A stretch of 64,000 bases of DNA, taken from a virus. Both the position numbers and the translations under genes were made by a program. Positions 9,070-19,600 of this stretch are shown piece after piece. Below the pieces are notes generated by a model. It saw nothing but the letters and a program-made list of their open reading frames with translations, had not been told where the DNA came from and ran no database searches. Position 1 is the first letter of the stretch, and the number at the start of each line of letters is the position of its first letter. The stretch covers positions 64,001-128,000 of the IMG/VR virus record IMGVR_UViG_3300042908_000680; one strand, given 5' to 3'.

Positions 9070-10040
9070 TGAATTATCTAAATCTTAAAGGATTTAATAG
9101 CGTATTTGATAGTACGTTAAATAATGAACTACAAGATAATATAGTTGAATTTTTGGAATGGTCGCTATTGGAAAAAGGGAACTACATGAATGTATCTCTT
9201 GGCGAACTTTCTCCAGAGGGTGTAGATTATAGTAAACTTAGAATATCCTCCAATTCCTCTTTTCCTAGCGGCAAGGCTTGGGAAAGTTTTAGACAAAACT
9301 GGGTCTGGCAAAGCGGGATTTCTTACACTCCATCGCCAGTTGTTGGAAATAATAACTCAATTCCCGGTATTTCTGGAGTTTATGTAAATAATACATTTTA
9401 CCCATCCAACACAAGTGGCACATATGCCCATAAAGTAGACTATTTTAATGGTAGAATTATCTTTAATAATCCCATTCCTACATCTAGTACCGTAAAAGCC
9501 GAGTATAGTTATAGATACATCAATATAGTGTATGCTAATAGCCTTCCTTGGCTGGCTGAAGTTCAGTACTCATCATTAGATATAGACACTGATTTTAATA
9601 CCTTAAATAAAGGTAAATATGACCTTCCAACAGAAGCTAGAATCCAATTACCAGCAATAGCCATAGAAATAGTTCCCCGGCGTACAATGAAAGGATATCA
9701 GCTTGGCGGTGGTCAATTTGTTGAAACAGACGTACTTTTCCACTGTTTAGCAGAGGACGAATACACTAGAAATAAATTAGTAGATATTATTTCTCTACAA
9801 AATGAGAAGACTATATACATGTTCAATAGTAATGATATAGCTAGAAGTGGTGCATTTCCCCTAGATTATCGTGGATTTCCTGTTTCTGGAGCTTTGAGAT
9901 ATCCAGAATTAGTAGATCAATACTATCGTGGAAGCTTGAGGTTAAAAAATTCTAATGTTCAAAATATGAAGCTAGTAAATAGCAATTTCTATGCTGGTAT
10001 TGTAAGGATGACCCTTGAGACAATTGAAACTTCGATATAA
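9069..10040 (+). CDS. Putative tail terminator-like protein
   Basis: LPAIAIE...GYQLGGG...RNKLVDII pattern; directly upstream of the tube gene. Confidence 0.45.
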   Translation: MNYLNLKGFNSVFDSTLNNELQDNIVEFLEWSLLEKGNYMNVSLGELSPEGVDYSKLRISSNSSFPSGKAWESFRQNWVWQSGISYTPSPVVGNNNSIPGISGVYVNNTFYPSNTSGTYAHKVDYFNGRIIFNNPIPTSSTVKAEYSYRYINIVYANSLPWLAEVQYSSLDIDTDFNTLNKGKYDLPTEARIQLPAIAIEIVPRRTMKGYQLGGGQFVETDVLFHCLAEDEYTRNKLVDIISLQNEKTIYMFNSNDIARSGAFPLDYRGFPVSGALRYPELVDQYYRGSLRLKNSNVQNMKLVNSNFYAGIVRMTLETIETSI

Positions 10041-10045
10041 ATTTA

Positions 10046-10063
10046 GTGTATAAGTAACTAGAG
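10046..10063 (+). promoter_or_regulatory. Putative phage late promoter motif GTGTATA
   Basis: Intergenic GTGTATAAGTAACTAGAG, 45 nt before ATG 10091. Confidence 0.5.
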
Positions 10064-10090
10064 CTTACCATCTTAAAATAGGAGAGAATT

Positions 10091-11263
10091 ATGCCCAACA
10101 ACAGAATCTTCTACGCTTGCCAAGCAGTCGCCATTGAGCCATTACAAGCTAACCAGAGTACCGGAGCATTAGAAGTCACATCAAACGGTGTACAGGTTTT
10201 GCATGGCGTTCAAAGCGTTGGCTTAAATACAACATTCAATCTAGAACAAGTTTTCGAACTAGGTCAAATCCACATTTATGAAAATATTGAAGGTGTACCA
10301 GATGTTGAAGTTACATTGGAAAAAGTCCTTGATGGATTTCCATTAATGTATCACCTTGCTACATGTGGTGTAGAAAATGAAACTGGCAGTGCCAGTAAGC
10401 AATCCTTAGTAGCAAGATCAAAGCAAAGATGTAATGTATATTTAGGTATTTTCCCAGATACTGTTGAGCATATTGCTGACGCTGCTGCTAACGCAACCGC
10501 AGAAGTTCAGATGAGTGGTATGTATGTTAGTAGCTTAAGCTATACTCTTCCAACTGACGGTAACTGCACAGAATCTCTTACACTAGTTGGAAATCACAAG
10601 GCTTGGAATACTAGCAAATTTACAAGCGCGGTTGCTGCTCAGTTAGATTGGACCGGAGCGGTTGGAAATCTTGACAAACCAAAGAATTTACAAGCTGGAA
10701 CTACTTATGGTGGTATTCAAAGAAGAGAGAATGTAGATATTAAAAATTCAATTTTTCCAAAAGGTATCTATGGTGTTGCTAATAATGCAAACGCACAAAA
10801 TGCTTGGAATTCTTCTCAATCAAAACCAAATGTCCACTTTCAAAATATATCAATTAGCACAGATTTAAGTAGAGAAGATATCCAAGAATTAGGTAGAAAA
10901 GCTCCATACTATAGGTTTGCTAGTTTTCCAGTAGAAGTAACCTGTGAATTCGAAGTTATTGCTATTTCTGGAGATTTCGTTAATGCTTATGAAGAAGGTG
11001 CATTTGGAGTAAATAATGAGAATTATGGGAATAATACTTCAGAAGAAACCATCATGATCAAATTGCACGATGGAACAGTATTCGACTTAGGTACAAAGAG
11101 TAGATTAGCCTCTGTTAATTATACCGGTGGTGACGCTGGCGGTGGTAATGGAACTATAACTTATAGTTATTCAACTTACAATAGTCTTACCGTTACTCAT
11201 CCTTCAGATTTAATATCTAGTAAGAATAATCCAACTTATGCGCCATCTTATAATGGTACTTGA
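10091..11263 (+). CDS. Major tail tube protein
   Basis: Strong AGGAG RBS; two tube-like half repeats (VQSVGLNTTFNLEQVFELGQ / FQNISISTDLSREDIQELGR); upstream of the chaperones and TMP. Confidence 0.65.
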   Translation: MPNNRIFYACQAVAIEPLQANQSTGALEVTSNGVQVLHGVQSVGLNTTFNLEQVFELGQIHIYENIEGVPDVEVTLEKVLDGFPLMYHLATCGVENETGSASKQSLVARSKQRCNVYLGIFPDTVEHIADAAANATAEVQMSGMYVSSLSYTLPTDGNCTESLTLVGNHKAWNTSKFTSAVAAQLDWTGAVGNLDKPKNLQAGTTYGGIQRRENVDIKNSIFPKGIYGVANNANAQNAWNSSQSKPNVHFQNISISTDLSREDIQELGRKAPYYRFASFPVEVTCEFEVIAISGDFVNAYEEGAFGVNNENYGNNTSEETIMIKLHDGTVFDLGTKSRLASVNYTGGDAGGGNGTITYSYSTYNSLTVTHPSDLISSKNNPTYAPSYNGT

Positions 11264-11310
11264 TACATAAATTAGCTGATTATTAGGACTCAAAAGGAAA
11301 CAAAATAAAT

Positions 11311-11364
11311 GCTCCCGCTTGTGAGATGTCTATATGAAGCATCATGAGCGGGAGTTTTTTATTT
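11311..11364 (+). terminator. Terminator/attenuator-like hairpin enclosing the start codon at 11334
   Basis: ctcccgcttgtga (11312-11324) pairs with tcatgagcgggag (11342-11354) with 2 G-U pairs, followed by TTTTTTATTT. Confidence 0.6.
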
Positions 11365-12377
11365 CTATGATAAGATCTGGAAAAGTATTTGTAAACCACA
11401 AGGACATAGAATTAGAAATATGCCCGTTAACACTTGATCAATCTTTTAAATCTTGTTTAATATATAAAGAGGCTTATGATAAGGCTTATTCTGAAGAAAT
11501 AATGACAGAAGAGGATATGGATCAATGGATGATGGAAAATGAACTATGGACTATGCATGATAATAAAAGGGAGGAAGGATTTAAAAAAGATATTGAGAGA
11601 TTAAAAGTAGAAATCTATAATGCTAGAGATAATGAAGCATTAGCTAATAGTATAAGAAAATATATACGTGCTGGTGAGTCACAATTAACAGCGCACTTAA
11701 ATAAAAAGTATATATATCATCAAAATACATGCGAGGGTGTTGCTTCTGCCGAAAGGCTAGCTTGGATAGTAAAAAACACGACATACTTCAATGGTAAGCT
11801 CTATGATTTTGAAGAATTGTCGTTGCAATACGTTGTAGATGAATGGCAATCTCACTTTATACCAGAAAATAAATCTAGAGAATTAGCCAGAAATGATCCT
11901 TGGAAATCTTTATGGATAACTAGAGAAAATTCTGGATCTTCTCTATTTGCTAATCCCCAAAATACAGAATTAACATATAATCAAAAAAATCTCTTAGTTT
12001 GGTCACAAATGTATGATAATATTCAAGAATCTATGGAGTGTCCAAATAAAGAAGTTATAGAAGATGATGACATGCTAGACGGATGGTTCATAGTTCAACA
12101 TGAAAAACGAGAAAAAGATAGAATAGCAAAAGAATTTGAGAATGATACTCAAAATGAAAAGATAAAAAATGCATCAGAAGTATTTATAGTTTCTAATGAC
12201 AACAAAAAAATAAATAAAATTCACGATATGAATGATCAATTTGGTAAGGCAATTAAAAAACAAAGAGATACAGTAATTCAGAAAAAAGGATATGTAAACG
12301 ATCATGACTTACCAGATCAAAGACGTAATATAGAAATGATGGCTACTAATCAAATGAGAGGAAAAATGGGAGGATAA
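11334..12377 (+). CDS. Putative tail assembly chaperone (long paralog)
   Basis: Lies between tube and TMP; helical and charged; alignable by eye to 12729..13607. Confidence 0.5.
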   Translation: MKHHEREFFISMIRSGKVFVNHKDIELEICPLTLDQSFKSCLIYKEAYDKAYSEEIMTEEDMDQWMMENELWTMHDNKREEGFKKDIERLKVEIYNARDNEALANSIRKYIRAGESQLTAHLNKKYIYHQNTCEGVASAERLAWIVKNTTYFNGKLYDFEELSLQYVVDEWQSHFIPENKSRELARNDPWKSLWITRENSGSSLFANPQNTELTYNQKNLLVWSQMYDNIQESMECPNKEVIEDDDMLDGWFIVQHEKREKDRIAKEFENDTQNEKIKNASEVFIVSNDNKKINKIHDMNDQFGKAIKKQRDTVIQKKGYVNDHDLPDQRRNIEMMATNQMRGKMGG

Positions 12378-12380
12378 AAT

Positions 12381-12713
12381 ATGGAACCAGACTATAAGAA
12401 GACAAGAGAATCAAAATATAAAGCTGATTCAAGAGATAGGTTATCTAAGATTCTCAAAAAGAAAATACAAACTACTATGATTGGTGCTTTAAGCACACTA
12501 GAAGAAAACTTTAGTTTTTTGTGGACTAACGAATCTGGAAGCCCGTTGACAAAAGACCAAGAAGTAATGAAAAGTCTATATAATAAAGTTAGGTCGGAAA
12601 TACTTGACCGAGGAAACAATCAAGCACGAAATATTGATGCAGAATTAGCTCAATATGAAATTGAGTGGACAAGATATCAGATGAAGATACCCGTAATTAA
12701 CCCTAATAACTAA
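12381..12713 (+). CDS. Hypothetical protein in the tail assembly region
   Basis: 110-aa ORF with GGAGG RBS. Confidence 0.55.
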   Translation: MEPDYKKTRESKYKADSRDRLSKILKKKIQTTMIGALSTLEENFSFLWTNESGSPLTKDQEVMKSLYNKVRSEILDRGNNQARNIDAELAQYEIEWTRYQMKIPVINPNN

Positions 12714-12728
12714 TAATTGGAGGAAACC

Positions 12729-13607
12729 ATGTCGCAGGATAAGGAAAAGATCGTTGATGTAAAGATTACTAAGGACGGAAAAGAAGAAACTGTAAAGATT
12801 GTAGTCAAACGCCCCAGTAGTTCATTAATTTCTTCGGCTCAAAGAGTCGGAGCAAAGGCTTGGACCGATTGTGTTCGTGATGGGATTATGACAAAAAAGG
12901 AACTTGAAAAGTTCATGAAAGAGCAAGGTATTTGGGATGAAGGTAGAGATGAAGAGCAGAAAAAAGTGATTCAAGAGATTTCAAATCTTGAAAGAAAGCT
13001 CTATGTTAGTGGTAGTGGTGGCAAAAAGCTCAAGGCTTCTGAGGGCAAGAATATTGCTATTCAGATGAGAATTAAGAGAAATGAGCTTAGAGACTTGATT
13101 GCCGAGAAAATGAGTCTTGAGCAAAACACCGCAGAATCCATCTCTGATAACGTAAGATTTGACTATCTTGTGGCTCATTCTGCTTTTTATCAAAATGGAC
13201 AGAAAGTGTATAATGATCTAGATGACTATAAGGAAAGATCAGACGATCAGATCGCTTTTAGTGCAGCTTCTAGTCTAGCTTCTATGATGTATTCTGTAGA
13301 TAAGGATTTTGAGGCCAAACTACCAGAAAATAAATTCCTTAAAATGTTCCACTTTGTGGATGATAATCTAAGTTTGGTGAATGATAAGGGCGAAACCGTA
13401 GATACAGATGGGCGAAAAATAGATAATCAAGGATATTGGCTCAATGATCAAGGTCAAAGAGTAGATAAAGATGGCAATGTTCTTGACGAAAATGGCAACT
13501 ATATTCCCACCGTCACATACGTGGACGATGAGGACAAAGAAGTAAAAGCCGAAGAAACAGAAAAACCCACTAAGAAAAAGAAGTCAACAGCAACGGATAG
13601 TGAATGA
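12729..13607 (+). CDS. Putative tail assembly chaperone (paralog with DxxG repeats)
   Basis: GGAGG RBS precedes ATG 12729 (track start 12717 is TTG); immediately upstream of the TMP. Confidence 0.5.
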   Translation: MSQDKEKIVDVKITKDGKEETVKIVVKRPSSSLISSAQRVGAKAWTDCVRDGIMTKKELEKFMKEQGIWDEGRDEEQKKVIQEISNLERKLYVSGSGGKKLKASEGKNIAIQMRIKRNELRDLIAEKMSLEQNTAESISDNVRFDYLVAHSAFYQNGQKVYNDLDDYKERSDDQIAFSAASSLASMMYSVDKDFEAKLPENKFLKMFHFVDDNLSLVNDKGETVDTDGRKIDNQGYWLNDQGQRVDKDGNVLDENGNYIPTVTYVDDEDKEVKAEETEKPTKKKKSTATDSE

Positions 13608-13640
13608 GATAGAGTTGTGTGGCATCAGTAAAGGAGAATC

Positions 13641-16600
13641 ATGTCCAAATTCGTACTGACCGCACAATTACAGCTACAAGCCCCGAATAATGTTAAGCAA
13701 GTTGTACAACAAATACAAAGCCAGTTAAATGGCGTTAGTGTTAACATACAAGTCCAGAATGCTGGACAAGCCCAAAAACAAATTCAGCAAGTAGCTCAAG
13801 CAACTAATCAAGCAACGTCAGCAGCAGAACGCATGGGTAAAGCATTTGCTCTATCCATTAGGCGTTTTGCTGCCTTTTCTATTGCCACAAGAGCGGTCGG
13901 TTTATTCACTAGTACTCTTAGTGATGCTGTTCAAACATCCATTGACTTTGAGAGACAATTAATCAAAGTCTCTCAGGTCACTGGAAAAAGTTTGACTCAG
14001 CTTCGTGGACTAACTAAGCAGATTACTGATTTGTCTACCGGTTTTGGTGTTGCGTCTTCTGATTTACTTAATGTTTCTACCATCTTAGCCCAAGCCGGTT
14101 TAAGTGCTGAAGATACAGCCATAGCTTTAAGGACTTTAGCAAAGTCTGCACTAGCTCCAAACTTTGATAGTATAACAGAAACAGCCGAAGGTGCTATTGC
14201 TGTTCTAGCTCAATTTCAAGAAGGAGTTGGATCATTAGAAAAGCAATTAGGTTCTATTAATGCTGTTGCTGGCGCATTCGCCGTTGAAGCCGGTGACTTA
14301 ATCGACGTTATTCGTAGAACGGGCGGTGTGTTCAAAGCATCTGGTGGTGATCTTAATGAACTTCTTGCATTATTTACTAGCGTAAGAGCCACAACCCGAG
14401 AAAGTGCTGAAAGTATTGGTACTGGCTTACGTACTATTTTCACACGTATTCAGCGACCCAAGACTATTGAGTTCTTAAAACAATTTGGTGTTGAACTTGT
14501 AGACTTAGATGGTAAGTTCGTTGGCCCATACGAAGCTGTTAAGAGACTAAGCGAAGCGTTAGCTGGACTTGGTGAAGGTGATACTACTTTCATTAGAATT
14601 GCAGAAGAGCTTGGTGGATTCAGACAGATTGGTAAAGTTCTTCCACTTTTACAGCAATTTTCTACTGCTCAATCCGCGCTTAATGTTGCAATGAAAGCGG
14701 GCGATTCTTTAACTCAAGATGCTGCATCTTCACAAGCAGCACTTGCGATTAGAATTATGAAAGTTAAAGAAGAATTCCTTGCGTTAATTCGTAGCATAAC
14801 TGAAACTTCTACTTTCCAAGTAATGGCAAATACAGCATTGTCATTAGCTTCAGCGTTAATCAAAATCGGAGATTCTATCAAGCCCCTATTACCAATGCTT
14901 GCTGCTTTAACAGCATTTAAACTAGTAAAGGGTATGGGTAGTTTCTTTGGTGGTATGATGAGCGGTGCTGCTTCTGGACGAACTTATAATAAGGGTGGTA
15001 AAGTTCTTGGGTTTGCTAGAGGTGGTTTAGTTCCCGGTACTGGGAACGGAGATACTGTTCCTGCGATGTTAGCTCCCGGTGAATTTGTTATACGCAAAAG
15101 TAGCGTCAACAAGATGGGTGCTGGAAGACTAGCAGCAATGAATGAAAATCGATATGCATATGGCGGTAAGGCTAGAACATTTGGTATAGCAGCACTAGAT
15201 GGAACACAAGATAGTAAATCTGCTAACCTTCCCATTTCAGCTATACGCGAAAAACTTGGAATTAATACTGACAAAGCTGGTAACAAAAATCTTGATATGG
15301 TTATACGCGGAGTTTTGGGATCCAAAGGATCAGATTTAAATGTTACAGCTAAATCAGATACTGTGACATTAAATGATCCCGGCATCAAAGACGATATATA
15401 TAATAATATTAAAAGTCAAATGTATGGATTAATAACTAGTTCAGCTACAGCTTTAAGTAATGGGACCGGAATCCCTATGAGAAAGCGACCAATTAATCCT
15501 AACAAAGTTCTTGCTAAAGTTGGAACGGATTCTACTATCGGTAGTGTTTTTGAGGGAGCATTAGGGCTATTAGGAGGACCATTTTCTGCTGGAAAATCTA
15601 CTGCTGCCATTGATTATCCAAGAGGTCTTGGGAAAATGGCTTCCGCATTTTCATCATTAGCTAATATGCCGGTAGATGCTAAAAAAACAGCAGACTCTAA
15701 AAAAACTAGTGAGATGTTAAATAAAAAAATTCCTAACTTTTTTGCAGAGTTTGTTAAACGTTCTCCACAATATGCAAGTTTTAAAAGTCAACTAAGCCAA
15801 GGTAAATTAGATAAGCTGAAGGGTAGAGAATTTGATTTAACGGAATACCAAAGGGTAACTGGAAACTCAAAAGCTACACTGTCTGATCTTAGCGGGGTTG
15901 CTAGCCTTTCTCGCAAGTCTGGACAAAGACAACTTTTTAGACTTGCTGAAAAGTTTGCAGAAGGCGGTGAAGTATTAGAAAGAGGAACACAAAAATATTT
16001 AATCTCCGACGTTGTTAAGGGGATGAGAGAATTACAGGGCAATTCAGCATTAAGCGAGAAAGACGCTATTGCTTTATTTAACTCCAAAGATGCCCGTGGT
16101 GATTTTATTTATACTAATTTTGGTGGCAAGGGAAGTATAAAACTTCCTAAGTGGATGGGAACTTATAGGCCACAATCCGCAGCTTATGGGGCATTTCAAG
16201 TAGCCCAAGCTAATAAGCAAAATAGAATAGCTGGTGCTATGAGTAGACAGGGCAAAACTATGCGAGATTATGAATCTCGCCGTGAATTTGCAACTGGTGG
16301 TGGAGTTGGTACTGATACCGTTCCCGCATTATTAACTCCTGGCGAGTTTGTTGTTAATCGTAAGTCTGCACAGCGTATTGGTTACGGTGCGTTAGGTAGA
16401 ATGAACAAGGTGGGCAAATATGCCAAGGGTGGAGTGGTTGGTCCACAAAGATTATTTGTTGGTGGAGTTGCTGAAAAACAAGTTAGTAGAGATGTTGGAT
16501 TTAGAGAAATTGACAGTATAAATGATGCAGCAAAAGTGATGGCTGAAACACTGGAGGGACTTGGCCCAGAGATCAAAAAAGCTATATTAGATAAATTTAA

Positions 16601-19600
16601 AGGTATAGAAGCAGTCACTGGTGGCGGTAAAACTTCTCTTGGTACAAAATTTAAGGATACAACCAGAGGCCAAGCTATAGTTTCATCTAGTGGTGCTAGT
16701 GCTATGGGGTTGCAGATCAAGGGTAAAAACGTTGCCGCTAATACTAACACCGTAGCCCATGAAACTGGACATTTAGCCGATTCAGCATTAGCTGATAAAA
16801 AGGGTTTTGCCAGTACGAATAAAGGTACTTTTCAATTTGATCTTGTTGAAAAGGTTAAACCTCAAATGGAAGCAGCATTTAAAGCTGCTGGGATGAGTGC
16901 AAAACAAATAGAAACATACTTAGCAAGTAATCAAGAGTTATTTGCAGAGTTTTTTGCTAAAGCATCTCCAGAAGTAAGAGCTATTATTACATCTACAACT
17001 GATTCTAAAGTTGGAATGCAAAAACTAGCAGATCATCTAGAAAAAGCTGGTCATACTTATGCTGGATTAGAAGCTTCTGATATAACTGGCATAAAACCAG
17101 TTCCAACACCGACTCCAGTTACACCTCCTAAAAAACCAACTGGACCATCAAGCCCGCCATCCGGTGGACCACCAAGCAAACCTCCATCTGGCGGTGGCAC
17201 TCCATCAAAAACATCATCATCGACTGTAGCAACATCTAGCTCAAGCGGTGGTGGTGGCGGCGGCATGTTTAATGACGTTGGCGCAAATATTGCTATGGTC
17301 AGTGCTGCACTATCAACCATGTTACCCCCACTTGATGAAAACGCTGGAGCTTTAACAAAAGTTGGGCATTCATTACTCACATTAGGAACTACTGTTGGTG
17401 GGGTGATTTTTACATTAGGGCAATTTGGAATACAACTCAAAGCTGCTAACATTGCATCTTTCGCAAAGTCATTGACAACAATGGGTAAAGGTGGATTGGG
17501 TGAAATGATAGGTGGATTTACTAGACAGGGTGGCAAAACTAGTAGAGCCGCTGGTGAAAGTGTTACACAAGCTTTTGGAATTGGTAAACAAAGAGATGCA
17601 GTTGCTCAAGCTAGGTCAGAAAGAGCATCGCAATTATTAGAACTACGAGGTCAACGTAATTCACTAAGAGGACAAACTGGCTTCAAGGCATTTAGCGAAA
17701 GGGCAGATGTAACTCAAAAAATAAAAGGGCTTGCTCAAGCTCCAAGTAAACTACCCGGCTTACCCAATTCTTTGACCGGAAAATTAGGAAACTTCCTTGG
17801 ACAAAAAGCAGCTGGTGGTGGTCTAGGCGGAAGATTAGCTGGCATGGCTGGAAATGCTATTACCAAAGTAGGTGGCCTTGGAACTGGTGCTGTTGGGGGT
17901 GCTGTGGGCGGTGCTATGGGTACTGCTGCTGCTATGGCTGGTCCAGCTTTAGCAGTGGTAGGAGCAGTTGCTGCTATTAATAGTGTAATTGGTAGCTTTA
18001 GAGACTTAGATGACAAACTAAAAAGCTCTATCGAAGCCGGTAAAGTAGAAGAAGCTTCTAGACTAGCAGTAGCACAAAAAGCATCAGAATTTCCTCTTAT
18101 TGGTAATATTGTTAGTTCTATCTTTGGAGAGAGCGGTGATGCATTTCTACTAGGTATTGGCGAACTTTTTGGTGGTCCAAGTCTAGATAGCGTTAAACAA
18201 TTAGCTGCTGCTCAAGCCGGTGCTGCCAAAACAACTAAATCATTAGAAGAAGCTCAAAAAGTTGCTTCTGATGCTATGAATGATTTCAAGAATGGTAGTA
18301 TAAGTGCTGCTGACGCTCTTGCCAAAATAAGAGCTAAAACTGGTGAAGCCTCCAATCAACAAAAGCGAGCATCTAGTTTTGTTGCCACCAATTTAGAGCA
18401 AAGGGGAGGTATTTCAAGAGATATCTTTACTCTTGGTGGATTACTTGGTGAAACATCTACGGCTAGGAATAAAAGATTAGGCGCACAAAATGTTGAACAA
18501 ATTAATCAATCGTCTAAATTCATGGCCGATGCGTTCAATACAGAATCAGAAGCTCGTCAGGCCACTATTAGATCTGGAGTAGCTAGAGGTAAAAATTCTG
18601 AAGAAATTCGTACAACAGCTATGGGAAATCTAAGAAGTCAAAGAGAAGAAGCCCTTAAGACAGCAAAAGCTGCCGCTAAATCTGGAGATACTGCAACATA
18701 CGATGCTGCAATTGCACAAGCAGAACAATTGCGTCAAAGTATGGAACAGGTTGATAAAGAAATTGCAAACATTGAAAAAGAAGTTAAGCGTCAAAAAGAA
18801 TTGTATGACGCTATGAATCTTGGTTTACGTTCTGCAACCGCAACCGCTACGGCACTATCAGCCAGCATGGATAAGTTTTCATCTGGATTAGAGGTGGGTG
18901 GATCTTCATTCGTAAATGATGTTGAATTTTTACAATCAGCAATGAGTAGTGCTGCACAAGCTATGGATTCTGGTGAAATTCAGAGTGCTATAAAGGGAGT
19001 GTCTGATAATCTTAGAGAGTTTGGATCTTCTGAAAAATATATTCAAAAATTTGAAGGAAATGTTGCCGCGTTTACTCAAGCTCAGTCTAATTATACTCAA
19101 GCGTTTGCTAATATCAAGAAGTCAATGAAAGATGCAGACTTTAAGAATTTGAACGCTGACGAACTAAAGAAAAGGTTTGCCGATGAATTAACTAAGGGTA
19201 TGGGTGACGGTGAAGCAAAAGACAGCTTAAAGAAAGTCATCAATGGATTAGAATTAGAACCGGGTGATGTAGATAAAATACTTGCTGGAGATTTAAGCGT
19301 CTTTGGAGACAAGCTTACTGAATCTCAACAAAAAATGCTTGAACCCATAATGAAAATTTCTCAAGAAAGGGCAAAAGCAGAACAAGTATTAATTGACTTT
19401 ACTAAGAAGAGAATTGATTCTGAGAGAAATCTTGTAGCAGCACAGCAAGAAGCCCTTGATCTTGTGATGGAAGGTAGAGAACTTCAAGGTAAGTATGGTG
19501 GTCAAGCTGTTACGGGTAGGGAAAGAAAAGATAACTTGTTAGCCAAGTCTAATGTAGAAAGCAGTAGACTAGGATTAACAAATATGAAGAGTGGTGATGT

